The notes below the pieces were generated by a model. It was not told where the DNA came from, made no database searches, and saw only the letters and a list, made by a program, of their open reading frames with translations. A stretch of DNA of 40,694 nt, taken from assembly GCA_024274695.1 (NCBI GenBank), contig JAJSAI010000012.1, positions 1 to 40,694 on the forward strand, given 5' to 3'. Within the stretch, counting starts at the first letter, position 1. Each line of letters starts with the position of its first letter. This DNA is from an archaeon (lineage in GTDB: Archaea > B1Sed10-29 > JAJSAI01). Shown in pieces: positions 31,331 to 40,446 of this stretch. The position numbers and the translations under genes are program-made.

Positions 31331-32649
31331 AGAAAAAGAGGAATGTTCTGATACTCGGGGCGGCTGGAAGAGATTTCCACAACTTCCTGGTGTTCTACAA
31401 GAACAACCCGAGGTACAGAGTAGTCTGTTTTACAGCAACCCAAATCCCTTTCATAGAAGACAGGATTTTTCCGAAGGAACTCGCTGGGAAAGGATACCCT
31501 CGAGGAATACCAATATACCCTGAGTCAGAGATGCCCCGGATAATAAAGGAAAAGAAAGTGGACGAGGTCGTGTTCTCTTACAGTGACGTGTCTCACGAGT
31601 ACGTCATGCACAAGGCGTCAGAAGCAGAAGCGGCTGGAGCGAGTTTTGTGCTGCTCGGCCCGAACGACACCATGCTGAAGAGCAGAAAACCCGTGATAGC
31701 CGTGACCGCTGCGCGCACGGGGAGTGGTAAGAGCCCTGTCACCAGGGCAGTGTGCACGATCCTGGAAAAGAAGGGCAAGAAACCGGTCATAATCAGGCAC
31801 CCGATGCCCTACGGTAACCTCAGCAGGCAGGCAGTGCAGAGGTTTGAAACAGAACAGGATCTGGAGCTGGCCAACGCAACTATAGAGGAAAGGGAGGAGT
31901 ACGAGCAACACCTTAACGAGGGAAGAGTAGTATACGCAGGGATAGACTACAAGAGGATCCTGAGGGCTGCTGAGAAAGAGGCTGACTTCATAGTATGGGA
32001 CGGTGGCAACAATGACTTTCCATTCGTGCGCCCGGACCTGATGATAACCGTCGTGGACCCGCTTAGGCCGGGCCACGAGCTAAAGTACCATCCTGGAGAA
32101 ACGTGCGTGAGAATGGCTGACGTGATAGTCATAAACAAGGAGAACACGGCCCCGAAACGGAATATCACAAGGGTAAGAAAAAACGTGAAAAAGATCAACC
32201 CGGACGCGATTATAATAGACGCGGAATCAAGGATATCCGTTGACAATCCTCAGGTAATAGCCGGAGGAAAAAGGGTGCTCGTGATAGAAGACGGGCCTTC
32301 AATAACTCATGGAGGAATGCCTTACGGGGCAGGGTACGTTGCCGCCAAAGAGTTCAGGTGCAAGATAGTGAACCCGAAGAAGAAGGTCAAGGGGAGCATA
32401 AAGAAAGCATACCAAAAGTACCCACACATCGGCCCAGTGCTCCCAGCCCTTGGGTACAGCCAACAGCAGCTGCTGGAACTGGAGCAGACGATAAACAGGA
32501 TAGACTGCGACGCAGTGATAATAGCCACTCCCGTGGACCTTAGGAAAATCATCTGGATAGACCAGCCTAGCGTGCACGTGTTCTACAGGATAAAAGAAAT
32601 AGGACGGCCTACACTAAAAGAGGTTATAGAAAAAAAGTTCAGACTCTGA
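31327..32649 (+). CDS. Cyclic 2,3-diphosphoglycerate synthetase-like P-loop protein
   Basis: GAAGRDFHNF, RTGSGKS, RHPMPYG, EEREEYE, WDGGNND, EDGP.ITHGGM. Confidence 0.85.
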   Translation: MKKKRNVLILGAAGRDFHNFLVFYKNNPRYRVVCFTATQIPFIEDRIFPKELAGKGYPRGIPIYPESEMPRIIKEKKVDEVVFSYSDVSHEYVMHKASEAEAAGASFVLLGPNDTMLKSRKPVIAVTAARTGSGKSPVTRAVCTILEKKGKKPVIIRHPMPYGNLSRQAVQRFETEQDLELANATIEEREEYEQHLNEGRVVYAGIDYKRILRAAEKEADFIVWDGGNNDFPFVRPDLMITVVDPLRPGHELKYHPGETCVRMADVIVINKENTAPKRNITRVRKNVKKINPDAIIIDAESRISVDNPQVIAGGKRVLVIEDGPSITHGGMPYGAGYVAAKEFRCKIVNPKKKVKGSIKKAYQKYPHIGPVLPALGYSQQQLLELEQTINRIDCDAVIIATPVDLRKIIWIDQPSVHVFYRIKEIGRPTLKEVIEKKFRL

Positions 32650-32676
32650 GCCTCCGGGCTGAGAGCCAGAAGAAGG

Positions 32677-32895
32677 TCAGAACAGTTTTTTCAGCCTGAC
32701 GTCAAGGTATGCTGCGATTTTCACAGCTTCCTCGTCAACCTCTTCTTTTCCTGAGTATTCTCTTATCTTTTCCGCGCCCTCAAGTATGTCCTGGCACAGA
32801 CTGTCCAGCGTGCTCGCCATAAGCCTGACCGCGTCCTCCGAGATTTTTATCCCCTTTTCTTCAGCATGCTTTCTGACCAGTTCCTCAGCGCGCAT
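32677..32895 (-). CDS. Divergent acidic histone-fold protein
   Basis: LVRK..KISEDAVRLMASTL..DILEGAEKI..SGKEEVDEEAVKIA. Start reassigned to ATG 32895. Confidence 0.7.
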   Translation of the reverse strand: MRAEELVRKHAEEKGIKISEDAVRLMASTLDSLCQDILEGAEKIREYSGKEEVDEEAVKIAAYLDVRLKKLF

Positions 32896-32902
32896 CTTCC
32901 AT

Positions 32903-33142
32903 TCACTCCTTTCCGACGATAACAATGTCCCTGACCGCTTTTACTCTCTTGTATAGGATGCTCTTCTGCTTAAGTATCTTGGGCAGTTCTTCCTTGGTCA
33001 GGCTTGCTCTCAAGGGCTCTGTGGTTATCCTGACGACCTCTCCTGTCTCAAGATTGAGTATAAGGTCATTAACCTTGCCCAGGTACTTGCCGCTGGCATC
33101 GTATATATCCAGCCCGTACATCTTAGAAGCGCGTATTGTCAT
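32903..33142 (-). CDS. PRC-barrel protein (CdpB-like)
   Basis: MYGLDIYDASGKYLGKVNDLILNLETGEV..ILYKRVKAVRDIVIV; GGGAGGT SD. Confidence 0.88.
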   Translation of the reverse strand: MTIRASKMYGLDIYDASGKYLGKVNDLILNLETGEVVRITTEPLRASLTKEELPKILKQKSILYKRVKAVRDIVIVGKE

Positions 33143-33239
33143 AATTTTGACCTCCCTTGAACGCTAAAAGAAAGAAGGTGGGGTATAAAAAAGTTACGCC
33201 GACAGGCTTTTATTACGAGCAAGCCTTTCATTCTCTCGG

Positions 33240-34163
33240 ATGAAGTTTGAGGAGTACTACGAGCTCCTGGAGCTCGGCTCGGGAGACAGGGTCCTGGTCA
33301 CTGGAGACAATTCCCTTTTCCTGGCGCTTTACATTGCGGGAAGGGCAAGAGAAGAGGGAAAAGAGGTCATCACCAGAGCACTCCTCGGCCCGGGCTCTAA
33401 GGCGATTTCAATAAGAGAGGCTCTTGAGCACGAGAAAGAGAGTTACTCAGAGTACTATCAGACGCTGAAGAAGGGTATTGTGAACACCTCTTTTGGGAGA
33501 CACGGGCTCTTGGAGCAGATTCCCACAACCCTGTTCTCAAGGGTCGTGCTCGAGTACGAGAAGTGGGATTTCACGGTCTTCGCTGACCACCTCAAAAAAT
33601 TGTACGAGCTCTGCTCTGACGACGCCGTCCTCGTTATCAAAGACGGGCTGGACGTGTTCAGGATGCTCAAGGAAAAAGAAAAAAAAGTGTTCAGAACAGT
33701 GGAGGCCCCCCTAAGCTTTAGGGAGTACCTGAACAAAATGGGCCTGGAAGTGCTATTACAAGACCTGAAAGAAGGAGATGGGATAATAAAAGCGAGGATA
33801 GGGCTGAAGCTCAAGCAGGCTCCCAAAAACTTTAGCATTATGCCCGAGAAGGAGTGGGCTGAGAACATTGTCGCAGGAGTGGGGCAAGTGGCCCTTGCGT
33901 GCACTCCCGCCAACTTCGTCATCAAGAAGGATGATTACTATCACGTGATAGTCATGTCCCCCAGGAGGGACAACAAGGCCGTATATCGGGTTAAGTTCCT
34001 TGACTGGGAACAGACCATAGTCAGAGAGGTTCCCGAACTGTTCGCCAAAAATATTTTAATAGTAGTGCTTCCAGTTATTCCCGAGTTTGATAAAGAAATA
34101 CAAGAAAAAGGGCTCATAATAGTAAGCCCTGAAAAAGCGCTGCAACTGTTCAGACAGAGGTGA
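33240..34163 (+). CDS. Hypothetical protein (possible degenerate methyltransferase-like plus nuclease-like domains)
   Basis: 307-aa ORF; LELGSGDRVLVTG N-terminus; alpha/beta C-domain. Confidence 0.6.
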   Translation: MKFEEYYELLELGSGDRVLVTGDNSLFLALYIAGRAREEGKEVITRALLGPGSKAISIREALEHEKESYSEYYQTLKKGIVNTSFGRHGLLEQIPTTLFSRVVLEYEKWDFTVFADHLKKLYELCSDDAVLVIKDGLDVFRMLKEKEKKVFRTVEAPLSFREYLNKMGLEVLLQDLKEGDGIIKARIGLKLKQAPKNFSIMPEKEWAENIVAGVGQVALACTPANFVIKKDDYYHVIVMSPRRDNKAVYRVKFLDWEQTIVREVPELFAKNILIVVLPVIPEFDKEIQEKGLIIVSPEKALQLFRQR

Positions 34164-34168
34164 ATTGA

Positions 34169-34714
34169 ATGGTCTTCAAGAAAAAAAGAAGGAAAGAGGA
34201 TGATGACGAGGACCTCTGGATAGAGGATGACCTGGAAGACTTTGACACCATGTTCACCCGGGACATGGAAGAGATGATGAGGAGGATGCAGGAAGAAATA
34301 GACAGACTCTTCCCAGGACTGCTTCGGACGCTGACCGCAGAACAGGACAAGATAATGAAGAGCATGAAAACAGGTCACGGGAAGCCCATAGTGTACGGCT
34401 TCTCCATACGAATGGGCCCTGAAGGAGTGAGAATAGACGACTTTGGGAACGTGAAACCTGAGGAGCAGAAGATCTCCAAGGAAAGAGAGCCCCTTGTGGA
34501 CGTGATACAGGAGAAAAAGGGCCTGAAGGTCGTCGCGGAACTTCCTGGGGTGGACAAGAAAAACATAAAGGTGAGCCTGAGGGGCAAGCAGGACCTGAGC
34601 ATACGCGTGGCCGGAAAATTCTACAAGAAAATAAGGCTCCCCAAGCCCGTGAAAAGGGATTACAAGATGAGGTACAAGAACGGCGTGCTAGAGCTTGACT
34701 TCAAGTACGCGTAG
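34169..34714 (+). CDS. hsp20: Archaeal small heat-shock protein
   Basis: PIVYGFSIRMGPEG, REPLVDV, AELPGV, YKNGVLE. Confidence 0.92.
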   Translation: MVFKKKRRKEDDDEDLWIEDDLEDFDTMFTRDMEEMMRRMQEEIDRLFPGLLRTLTAEQDKIMKSMKTGHGKPIVYGFSIRMGPEGVRIDDFGNVKPEEQKISKEREPLVDVIQEKKGLKVVAELPGVDKKNIKVSLRGKQDLSIRVAGKFYKKIRLPKPVKRDYKMRYKNGVLELDFKYA

Positions 34715-34728
34715 GAGGCTGACATGGA

Positions 34729-35190
34729 ATGCCTGACTGCGAGCTTTGCGGAAGAAGTGCCGATGACATGTACGTGGTGGAGGTTGACGGGGTCAAAATG
34801 CAGGTGTGCCGGGCCTGCACCCGCCACGGCAAGTTCATAGGAAAGGTGAGAAGAGAACAGCCCACCCCCATAAGGAAACCTCACAAGATGACAGAAGAAG
34901 AGGAAGAAGTTGAAATGCTCGTTCCTGATTATGGGGACAGGATAAGAAAGAAGAGGAACGAGCTTGGACTCAAGAGGGAGGAGCTCGCTAAAAAGCTTAA
35001 CGAGACAGAATCTGTCATCAGACGACTGGAGCACGGGGACATGGTTCCTGACGACAAGCTCGTCAGAAAACTCGAAAAAACTCTTGGTATAACACTCAGA
35101 GAAAAAGTGGAAGTCAAGAGGCCAGAGGCCAAACACGACACCCAAGAGGGTCTTACCTTAGGGGATGTCGTCAAGATAAAAAAGAAGTAG
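34729..35190 (+). CDS. mbf1: Archaeal multiprotein bridging factor 1
   Basis: CELCG and VCRAC Zn ribbon, HTH, TLGDVV C-terminal motif. Confidence 0.92.
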   Translation: MPDCELCGRSADDMYVVEVDGVKMQVCRACTRHGKFIGKVRREQPTPIRKPHKMTEEEEEVEMLVPDYGDRIRKKRNELGLKREELAKKLNETESVIRRLEHGDMVPDDKLVRKLEKTLGITLREKVEVKRPEAKHDTQEGLTLGDVVKIKKK

Positions 35191-35218
35191 AGCGTATCTG
35201 CGCTGATGGTGTATTCTG

Positions 35219-36505
35219 ATGGACGGTTTGATAACCCTGGTTTCTGGAGTAATCCTACTCGTCCTGCTCCCGGCCTGGTTTTTCAAGAGGAGAGGAGTGG
35301 AGGTTCAGGGAGTCCTTGTCCTCCTAAGGACCAAGAGGGGCCTTCGGTTTCTTGACGGTCTCGCGGTACGGCGCAGAGCGTGGATGTTCTTTTCTGACCT
35401 TGGGATCATGGTCTCTCTCGGGCTCGTTGGAGCAGTAGTATTAGGGAGGAGAACTGGAAAGTGGGCAAGGGTGCTGGCAGAGTATGCGTTAAGCACCTGC
35501 ATTTCATCTGTTCTCATCCTCCCGTTCGCGGGAAACCTACCACTGTCCCTAGCTGTCATGAGTTTTGGGGTTTCATTTTTTATTCTAGCGGCCCTCGCCC
35601 AGAACACTCTCCTGATAGTCCAGGGGTACTTTTCCGGCGCAAGACCTGCTCCAGGGGTCGTGCCGATAATTCCAGGCACGGGCAACGTACCCCTTTACGC
35701 TGTATTGTCCCTGGCGGTGCTCCTGGCAGTGCATGAAACAGCGCACGGGGTAGTGGCAAGAGCGGAGAGGATAAGGGTAAAATCTCTTGGGCTGCTGTTA
35801 CTCGGCATCGTGCCAGTAGGAGCGTTCACAGAACCTGACGAGGACCAGCTTAACAGAACCAGGAGGGAGAAGAGAATGAGGGTATATGCGGCGGGGTCCA
35901 TGGCCAATTTCGTGACCGCCGCGGTGTTCTTCCTGGTTCTCGCGGCAAGCGCGTCCGTAGTGCAGGGGTATCTTATTTACGGGGTGCCCGCGTTTGACGG
36001 GCAGAAGGGGGCCATGCTGCCCATGGTTATCTCCGCGGATCCCGCGAAGCAGGATTACTTGATCCAGTTTGTTGAGCAAGGCTCTCCGGCAGAAAAGGCG
36101 GGCCTCAGACCAGGGATGATCGTGGAGAACGCGGAGACACTTTTCAACAAAAGACCCGGCGAAACGATTACTCTGGTGGCTAACGGTACTAAGTTCACCG
36201 TGACCGCTGACGCGAAGGGGATGATAGGAGTCACAGGGAGCATAATCCCAGAGTATGACAAGTACTCCCCAGGAGACTGGGCCGGGGTTCTTTTCCTAGG
36301 ATTTTTGGCCTGGACCTTCCTCCTGAACTATCTCGTGGGAATGGTGAACCTGCTTCCTTTCGTGATGCTTGATGGGTACAAGCTCGCGGAGGATGCTGTA
36401 AGCGAGTTCGTTAAGAACAAGAAAACGCGTAAGCTGGTGACAAGAGCCCTGGCCGCAATAGTGGGTCTTCTGCTGATATTAAACGCTGTCCCATGGTTCT
36501 TCTGA
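35219..36505 (+). CDS. Site-2 (M50) intramembrane metalloprotease with PDZ domain
   Basis: HETAH, GAFTEPD, AAGSMANF, GSPAEKAGL, NLLPFVMLDG. Confidence 0.92.
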   Translation: MDGLITLVSGVILLVLLPAWFFKRRGVEVQGVLVLLRTKRGLRFLDGLAVRRRAWMFFSDLGIMVSLGLVGAVVLGRRTGKWARVLAEYALSTCISSVLILPFAGNLPLSLAVMSFGVSFFILAALAQNTLLIVQGYFSGARPAPGVVPIIPGTGNVPLYAVLSLAVLLAVHETAHGVVARAERIRVKSLGLLLLGIVPVGAFTEPDEDQLNRTRREKRMRVYAAGSMANFVTAAVFFLVLAASASVVQGYLIYGVPAFDGQKGAMLPMVISADPAKQDYLIQFVEQGSPAEKAGLRPGMIVENAETLFNKRPGETITLVANGTKFTVTADAKGMIGVTGSIIPEYDKYSPGDWAGVLFLGFLAWTFLLNYLVGMVNLLPFVMLDGYKLAEDAVSEFVKNKKTRKLVTRALAAIVGLLLILNAVPWFF

Positions 36506-36567
36506 AAAACTTTAAGAAAGAGAAAGGGAGGTAGGGTTTTTCCCAAGCGGGTTGGCCTCGGGCTTTT

Positions 36568-37641
36568 TCACTTGAGGTAGCTTATGCCCAGGCTGAGGTC
36601 GCTGACCTTCTCGTTCAGACCCTCTGCCACAGGACCCTTGATGTGGGAGGACTTCACTCCTGTCATGATGCAGATTACTTCTACTCTTCCCTCGTACTCT
36701 GGAACCACTCTTGCTCCCCAGATGACCATCGCCCTGGGGTCTATTGCTTCTGTCAGCTTTTCTCCTATGTCGTTGGCCTCTTTTATGCTGAAGTCAGGCC
36801 CTGCGGTTATGTGTATGAGTGCTCCTCTTGCTCCCTCGGTGTCAACGTCCAGGAGCGCGTTGTGAAGGGTGTCTTGCACGACCTCGTCCACCCTCTGGTG
36901 TCCTCTTGCTTCGCCAACGCTGATTACTGAGACTCCTCCCTGGGTCATTATTGACCTCACGTCGGCGAAGTCAAGGTTTATCAGTGACGGGGTCATGATA
37001 GTTTCTGTTATTCCCCTTACTGCTCTTGCGATTATCTCGTCAGCCACTGCAAACGCCTGGTCCATGGGCAGGTTTGGAACCAGTTCAACCAGCTTGTTGT
37101 TGTCAATGATTATGACCGTGTCAGCCACTTTCCTGAGCTTCTCGATCGCCTCGTCTGCTTTCAGGAGCCTGCTCCTCTCGAGCCTGAACGGGTAGGTTAC
37201 CATCGCGATTACTATGGCCCCGTTTTCCTTCGCAATATCAGCTATTATTGGGGCCGCTCCGCTTCCGGTTCCTCCTCCCATTCCTGCTGTCAGGAAGAGC
37301 AGGTCAACGCCTTCCAGGATTTTTGCGATCGAGGCTCTGGAAACTTCTGCTGCTTTTGCCGCGACTTCGGGGTATCCTCCGGCTCCCAGACCGCGAGTGA
37401 CGCTTTCTCCGATCAAGAGCTTCTTTACGGAGTCATGGATTATCCCGAGGTGCTGAACGTCAGTGTTTATGGCGACCAGTTCTGCTCCTGTTATGCCTAG
37501 CCTTGCTATCCTGTTAACAGAATTGTTTCCTGCTCCTCCAACTCCCACGACCATTATTTTTGGCCCGTTAGCAGCAGTTGCTGCTCCTGCAAGATCAGAC
37601 TCTTGCGCCCGAGAAAGTGCGTTCCTTACCACTGATTCCAC
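36568..37641 (-). CDS. ftsZ: Cell division protein FtsZ (FtsZ2-type)
   Basis: GVGGAGNN, AGMGGGTGSG, SLINLDFAD, VIWGAR. PFRLERSR and VPNLP resemble archaeal FtsZ2. Confidence 0.96.
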   Translation of the reverse strand: MESVVRNALSRAQESDLAGAATAANGPKIMVVGVGGAGNNSVNRIARLGITGAELVAINTDVQHLGIIHDSVKKLLIGESVTRGLGAGGYPEVAAKAAEVSRASIAKILEGVDLLFLTAGMGGGTGSGAAPIIADIAKENGAIVIAMVTYPFRLERSRLLKADEAIEKLRKVADTVIIIDNNKLVELVPNLPMDQAFAVADEIIARAVRGITETIMTPSLINLDFADVRSIMTQGGVSVISVGEARGHQRVDEVVQDTLHNALLDVDTEGARGALIHITAGPDFSIKEANDIGEKLTEAIDPRAMVIWGARVVPEYEGRVEVICIMTGVKSSHIKGPVAEGLNEKVSDLSLGISYLK

Positions 37642-37687
37642 AAGCGTTCACCTCAATACCTTATTTTGCTTGTATAAAAACACTTAC

Positions 37688-37698
37688 TTATATATATA
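37688..37698. promoter_or_regulatory. TATA element between divergent ftsZ and SRP RNA
   Basis: TTATATATATA about 22-30 nt upstream of the SRP RNA 5' end. Confidence 0.55.
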
Positions 37699-37719
37699 CT
37701 TATGCCCAAAAAGACACTT

Positions 37720-37992
37720 GGCGGGCTAGGCCGGGAGGGTAGCGGTCTCCTGTTACTGCAAAACCGCTTTACGGCAGGGCCGAAGCTCCAGGGGCGTTGG
37801 ATGCTGGCCTGCTGGAGCCTGGGGCCCAACGAGGAAGCCCTGTCTGGCAGGATCCTGGCCGCGGTGAACCTGGTCAGGCCCGGGAGGGAGCAGCCATAAG
37901 CCACGGTCAGGGTGTCTGCCAGGTAGCAGGGCAGAGGCAAGCTCCACAAGCTCCAGCTCGTCTGGCACCAGCCACCCTGGAGCGCGCCCGCC
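37720..37992 (+). ncRNA. ffs: SRP (7S) RNA, lacking helix 6
   Basis: Helix 1 GGCGGGC/GCCCGCC, Alu domain TAGGCCGGGAGG..CCTGTTAC, helix 8 GAACC-TGGT-CAGG-CCC-GGGA-GGG-AGCA-GCCA. Confidence 0.92.
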
Positions 37993-38013
37993 GCTACGAG
38001 ACGGTGATGTCGC

Positions 38014-38700
38014 TTGGAAAAGTTTTTCATTGGCTTGCTGTTGGCCGCATGTGTCACGTTCGCAGTCGCAGGCTATTTTTCCGCACCAGAAAAGGATGCT
38101 GGAGGATACGTAACAGTGGATATCTTGGGGGTTACTGAAGACGGTGAGGGCGTGGTAATGCCCCTCGGCATGAGCGTGAGGCCAGGGAACGGGAAAATAT
38201 TCGTGGACGTCAGCAGGCCGCTGTTCAGCCCGGATACTCAGGAAAACATGAGGACGGCGGTCAAGGCAGCGGCCGCTGCCGCAGGAAAAGATCCTGGAAA
38301 GTACGACTTCACGTTCTTCCTGGGATCAGAGGACACCACAGTACAAGGCCCTTCTGCAGGAGCGGCCATGGCGATCGGCGCGCTCGCCCTGCTCGAGAAC
38401 AAGCACATTAAGAGAGGCTACTACATCACAGGGAAGATCACTCCTGACGGGAGAATAGAGCCTGTGGGAAGCGTTCTGGAAAAAGCAGGCGCGCTGCCAG
38501 CAGGGTCTGTTCTCCTCGTGCCTGCCAACCAGTCTACTGACACCAAAAAAGTGGAGGAGTGCAGCGTTTCTACTGCGAGAGGATACTACAGGACGGACTG
38601 CAGGATAGAATACGTTCCAGTGGACGTGGAAGAAGAAACAGGGGTTAATATTATAGAAGTCAAGTCCCTTGAAGAGGCTGCTGAAATAATGCTGGAGTGA
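38014..38700 (+). CDS. Exported Lon-type (S16) protease domain, no ATPase
   Basis: N-terminal signal/TM, QGPSAG catalytic Ser, TGKI..DGRIEPVGSVLEK catalytic Lys; TTG start with GGTGA SD. Confidence 0.85.
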   Translation: MEKFFIGLLLAACVTFAVAGYFSAPEKDAGGYVTVDILGVTEDGEGVVMPLGMSVRPGNGKIFVDVSRPLFSPDTQENMRTAVKAAAAAAGKDPGKYDFTFFLGSEDTTVQGPSAGAAMAIGALALLENKHIKRGYYITGKITPDGRIEPVGSVLEKAGALPAGSVLLVPANQSTDTKKVEECSVSTARGYYRTDCRIEYVPVDVEEETGVNIIEVKSLEEAAEIMLE

Positions 38701-38706
38701 GCGCTC

Positions 38707-39384
38707 ATGGTACACTCAAAGAGGTTTCTTGCCCTGTTGCTCGGGACGGGCCTCGTCTTCCTTTTGCTCGGCATCATAGTGCCACTCCCGGTGCAGAGGG
38801 TAACCGTCCCAGAGGTGGTGTACCAGAAGACCCCCTGCCTGGGCACAGAGCCCGCGGAAAAGGTTGTAGTGAACGGGATAGGCCTCTTTGGTAACACCAG
38901 CCAGGGGGAGATAGTGAAAATAGTCATAGAATCAAAGAGAGGGACTGGCAGGCTGTTCGTGGACTTCTTGTCAGGAGCGTACGCAGGAACAGACCTGCAG
39001 GCGTCAGTAGTCCTGGCCGCTGAAGTGGCCTCGGAGTACACTGGAAGGTGGCCTGATGACCTGGACTATTTCCTGACGTTTGAGTCAAGCACGGCAGAAG
39101 TTTCAGGGTCCTCAGGGACCGCTGGAATTGCCGCGGGAATGGTGGCACTCATGCAGGGAAGAAAGGTCAGGCAGGATACTGCTGTTACAGGCTTCGTTAA
39201 CGAGAGCCTGCAAATCGGAGAAGTGCTAAAGGTTTGGGACAAGGTCAGGGTGGCCCAGGAGGCTGGAATGAAGAGAGTCATAATCCCCGCGGTGCAGTGT
39301 AATCAGACCATGATCGCCAACTACACGATACAGGTGATATGCGCCGAGAACTTCTCTGACGTGGTGAACGATCTGCTTGAATGA
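38707..39384 (+). CDS. Second exported Lon-type (S16) protease domain, no ATPase
   Basis: N-terminal TM, SGSSGT (GPSAG variant), TGFV..IGEVLKVWDKVRVA, RVIIP. Confidence 0.8.
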   Translation: MVHSKRFLALLLGTGLVFLLLGIIVPLPVQRVTVPEVVYQKTPCLGTEPAEKVVVNGIGLFGNTSQGEIVKIVIESKRGTGRLFVDFLSGAYAGTDLQASVVLAAEVASEYTGRWPDDLDYFLTFESSTAEVSGSSGTAGIAAGMVALMQGRKVRQDTAVTGFVNESLQIGEVLKVWDKVRVAQEAGMKRVIIPAVQCNQTMIANYTIQVICAENFSDVVNDLLE

Positions 39385-39420
39385 AAATCTTTTTATCCTG
39401 AAAACTCCTTCTGGCAATGC

Positions 39421-40446
39421 ATGGGAGTCCATATAGAGGATATCCTTGTCAAGAAAGAAATAGATCTCTCGGCCCTAAGAGGAAAAAGAATAGCCGTTGA
39501 CGCTTACAATGCAATATACCAGTTTCTCAGCATAATAAGACAGCCTGACGGAACTCCCCTCATGGACTCCCGGGGAAGAATAACATCTCACCTTAGCGGG
39601 CTCTTCTACCGGAACGTGAAACTGCTGGAGGCAGGGATCCTTCCCGCGTACGTTTTTGACGGCAGGCCGCCCGAAGTGAAGAGCAAGACCTTGGAAGAAA
39701 GAGAGAAAACCAGAGAAGCGGCTCGGGAAAAGTGGGAGGAGGCAGTGAAGGCAGGAGACCTGGAAGAGGCAAGAGTCCATGCCCAGGCGGCCGCGAGGAT
39801 AACTGACGAGGTGCTGGACAGTTCCAAAAGGCTCCTGAAGGCCATGGGCATCCCTGTAGTACAGGCTCCAGAAGAGGGAGAAGCCCAGGCCTCTTTCATG
39901 GCAAGCAAGGGAGACGTTTACGCTGTAGGATCCCAGGACTACGACTGCCTCTTGTTCGGCGCTCCAGTCCTAGTAAGAAACCTTAACCTCACAGGGAAAA
40001 GGAAACTTCCCAGGAAGAACGTGTACATCACTGTGCGCCCTGAGCTGATAACCTTGAAAGAAGTTCTTGAAAAAAACGGGATAAGCAGGGAACAACTGGT
40101 GGACATCGGCCTTTTAATCGGGACAGATTACACCCCCGGAATAAAAGGAATCGGGCCTAAGAAAGCACTTGCTCTTGTAAAAGAGGGGAAAACCGCGGGA
40201 GAGGTGTACGAAGAAAAGGGAATCCTGCCCAAAAAAGAAGTTGAGAAGATCAAGGGAATCTTCCTAAACCCTAACGTGACGGAAGAATACCATCTTGAAT
40301 GGAAGGATCCTGACGAGGAAGAGATTCTTGAGATCCTGGTCAAAGAGCATGACTTCTCAGAGGACAGGGTCACGAAAGCACTCAAGGACCTTGGAGAAAA
40401 AGTGGACACTGCCAGAGAACAGTCAAGCCTTTCGAGGTGGTTTTAA
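39421..40446 (+). CDS. fen: Flap endonuclease 1
   Basis: DAYNAIYQFL, FDG, EGEAQA, SQDYD, GTDY, GIGPK, C-terminal PIP box QSSLSRWF. Confidence 0.97.
   Translation: MGVHIEDILVKKEIDLSALRGKRIAVDAYNAIYQFLSIIRQPDGTPLMDSRGRITSHLSGLFYRNVKLLEAGILPAYVFDGRPPEVKSKTLEEREKTREAAREKWEEAVKAGDLEEARVHAQAAARITDEVLDSSKRLLKAMGIPVVQAPEEGEAQASFMASKGDVYAVGSQDYDCLLFGAPVLVRNLNLTGKRKLPRKNVYITVRPELITLKEVLEKNGISREQLVDIGLLIGTDYTPGIKGIGPKKALALVKEGKTAGEVYEEKGILPKKEVEKIKGIFLNPNVTEEYHLEWKDPDEEEILEILVKEHDFSEDRVTKALKDLGEKVDTAREQSSLSRWF

Noticed and set aside
31327-32649. Calling the cDPG-synthetase-like gene proof of cyclic 2,3-diphosphoglycerate synthesis
   Set aside because: No 2-phosphoglycerate kinase in the window, and this subfamily is widespread with uncertain function.
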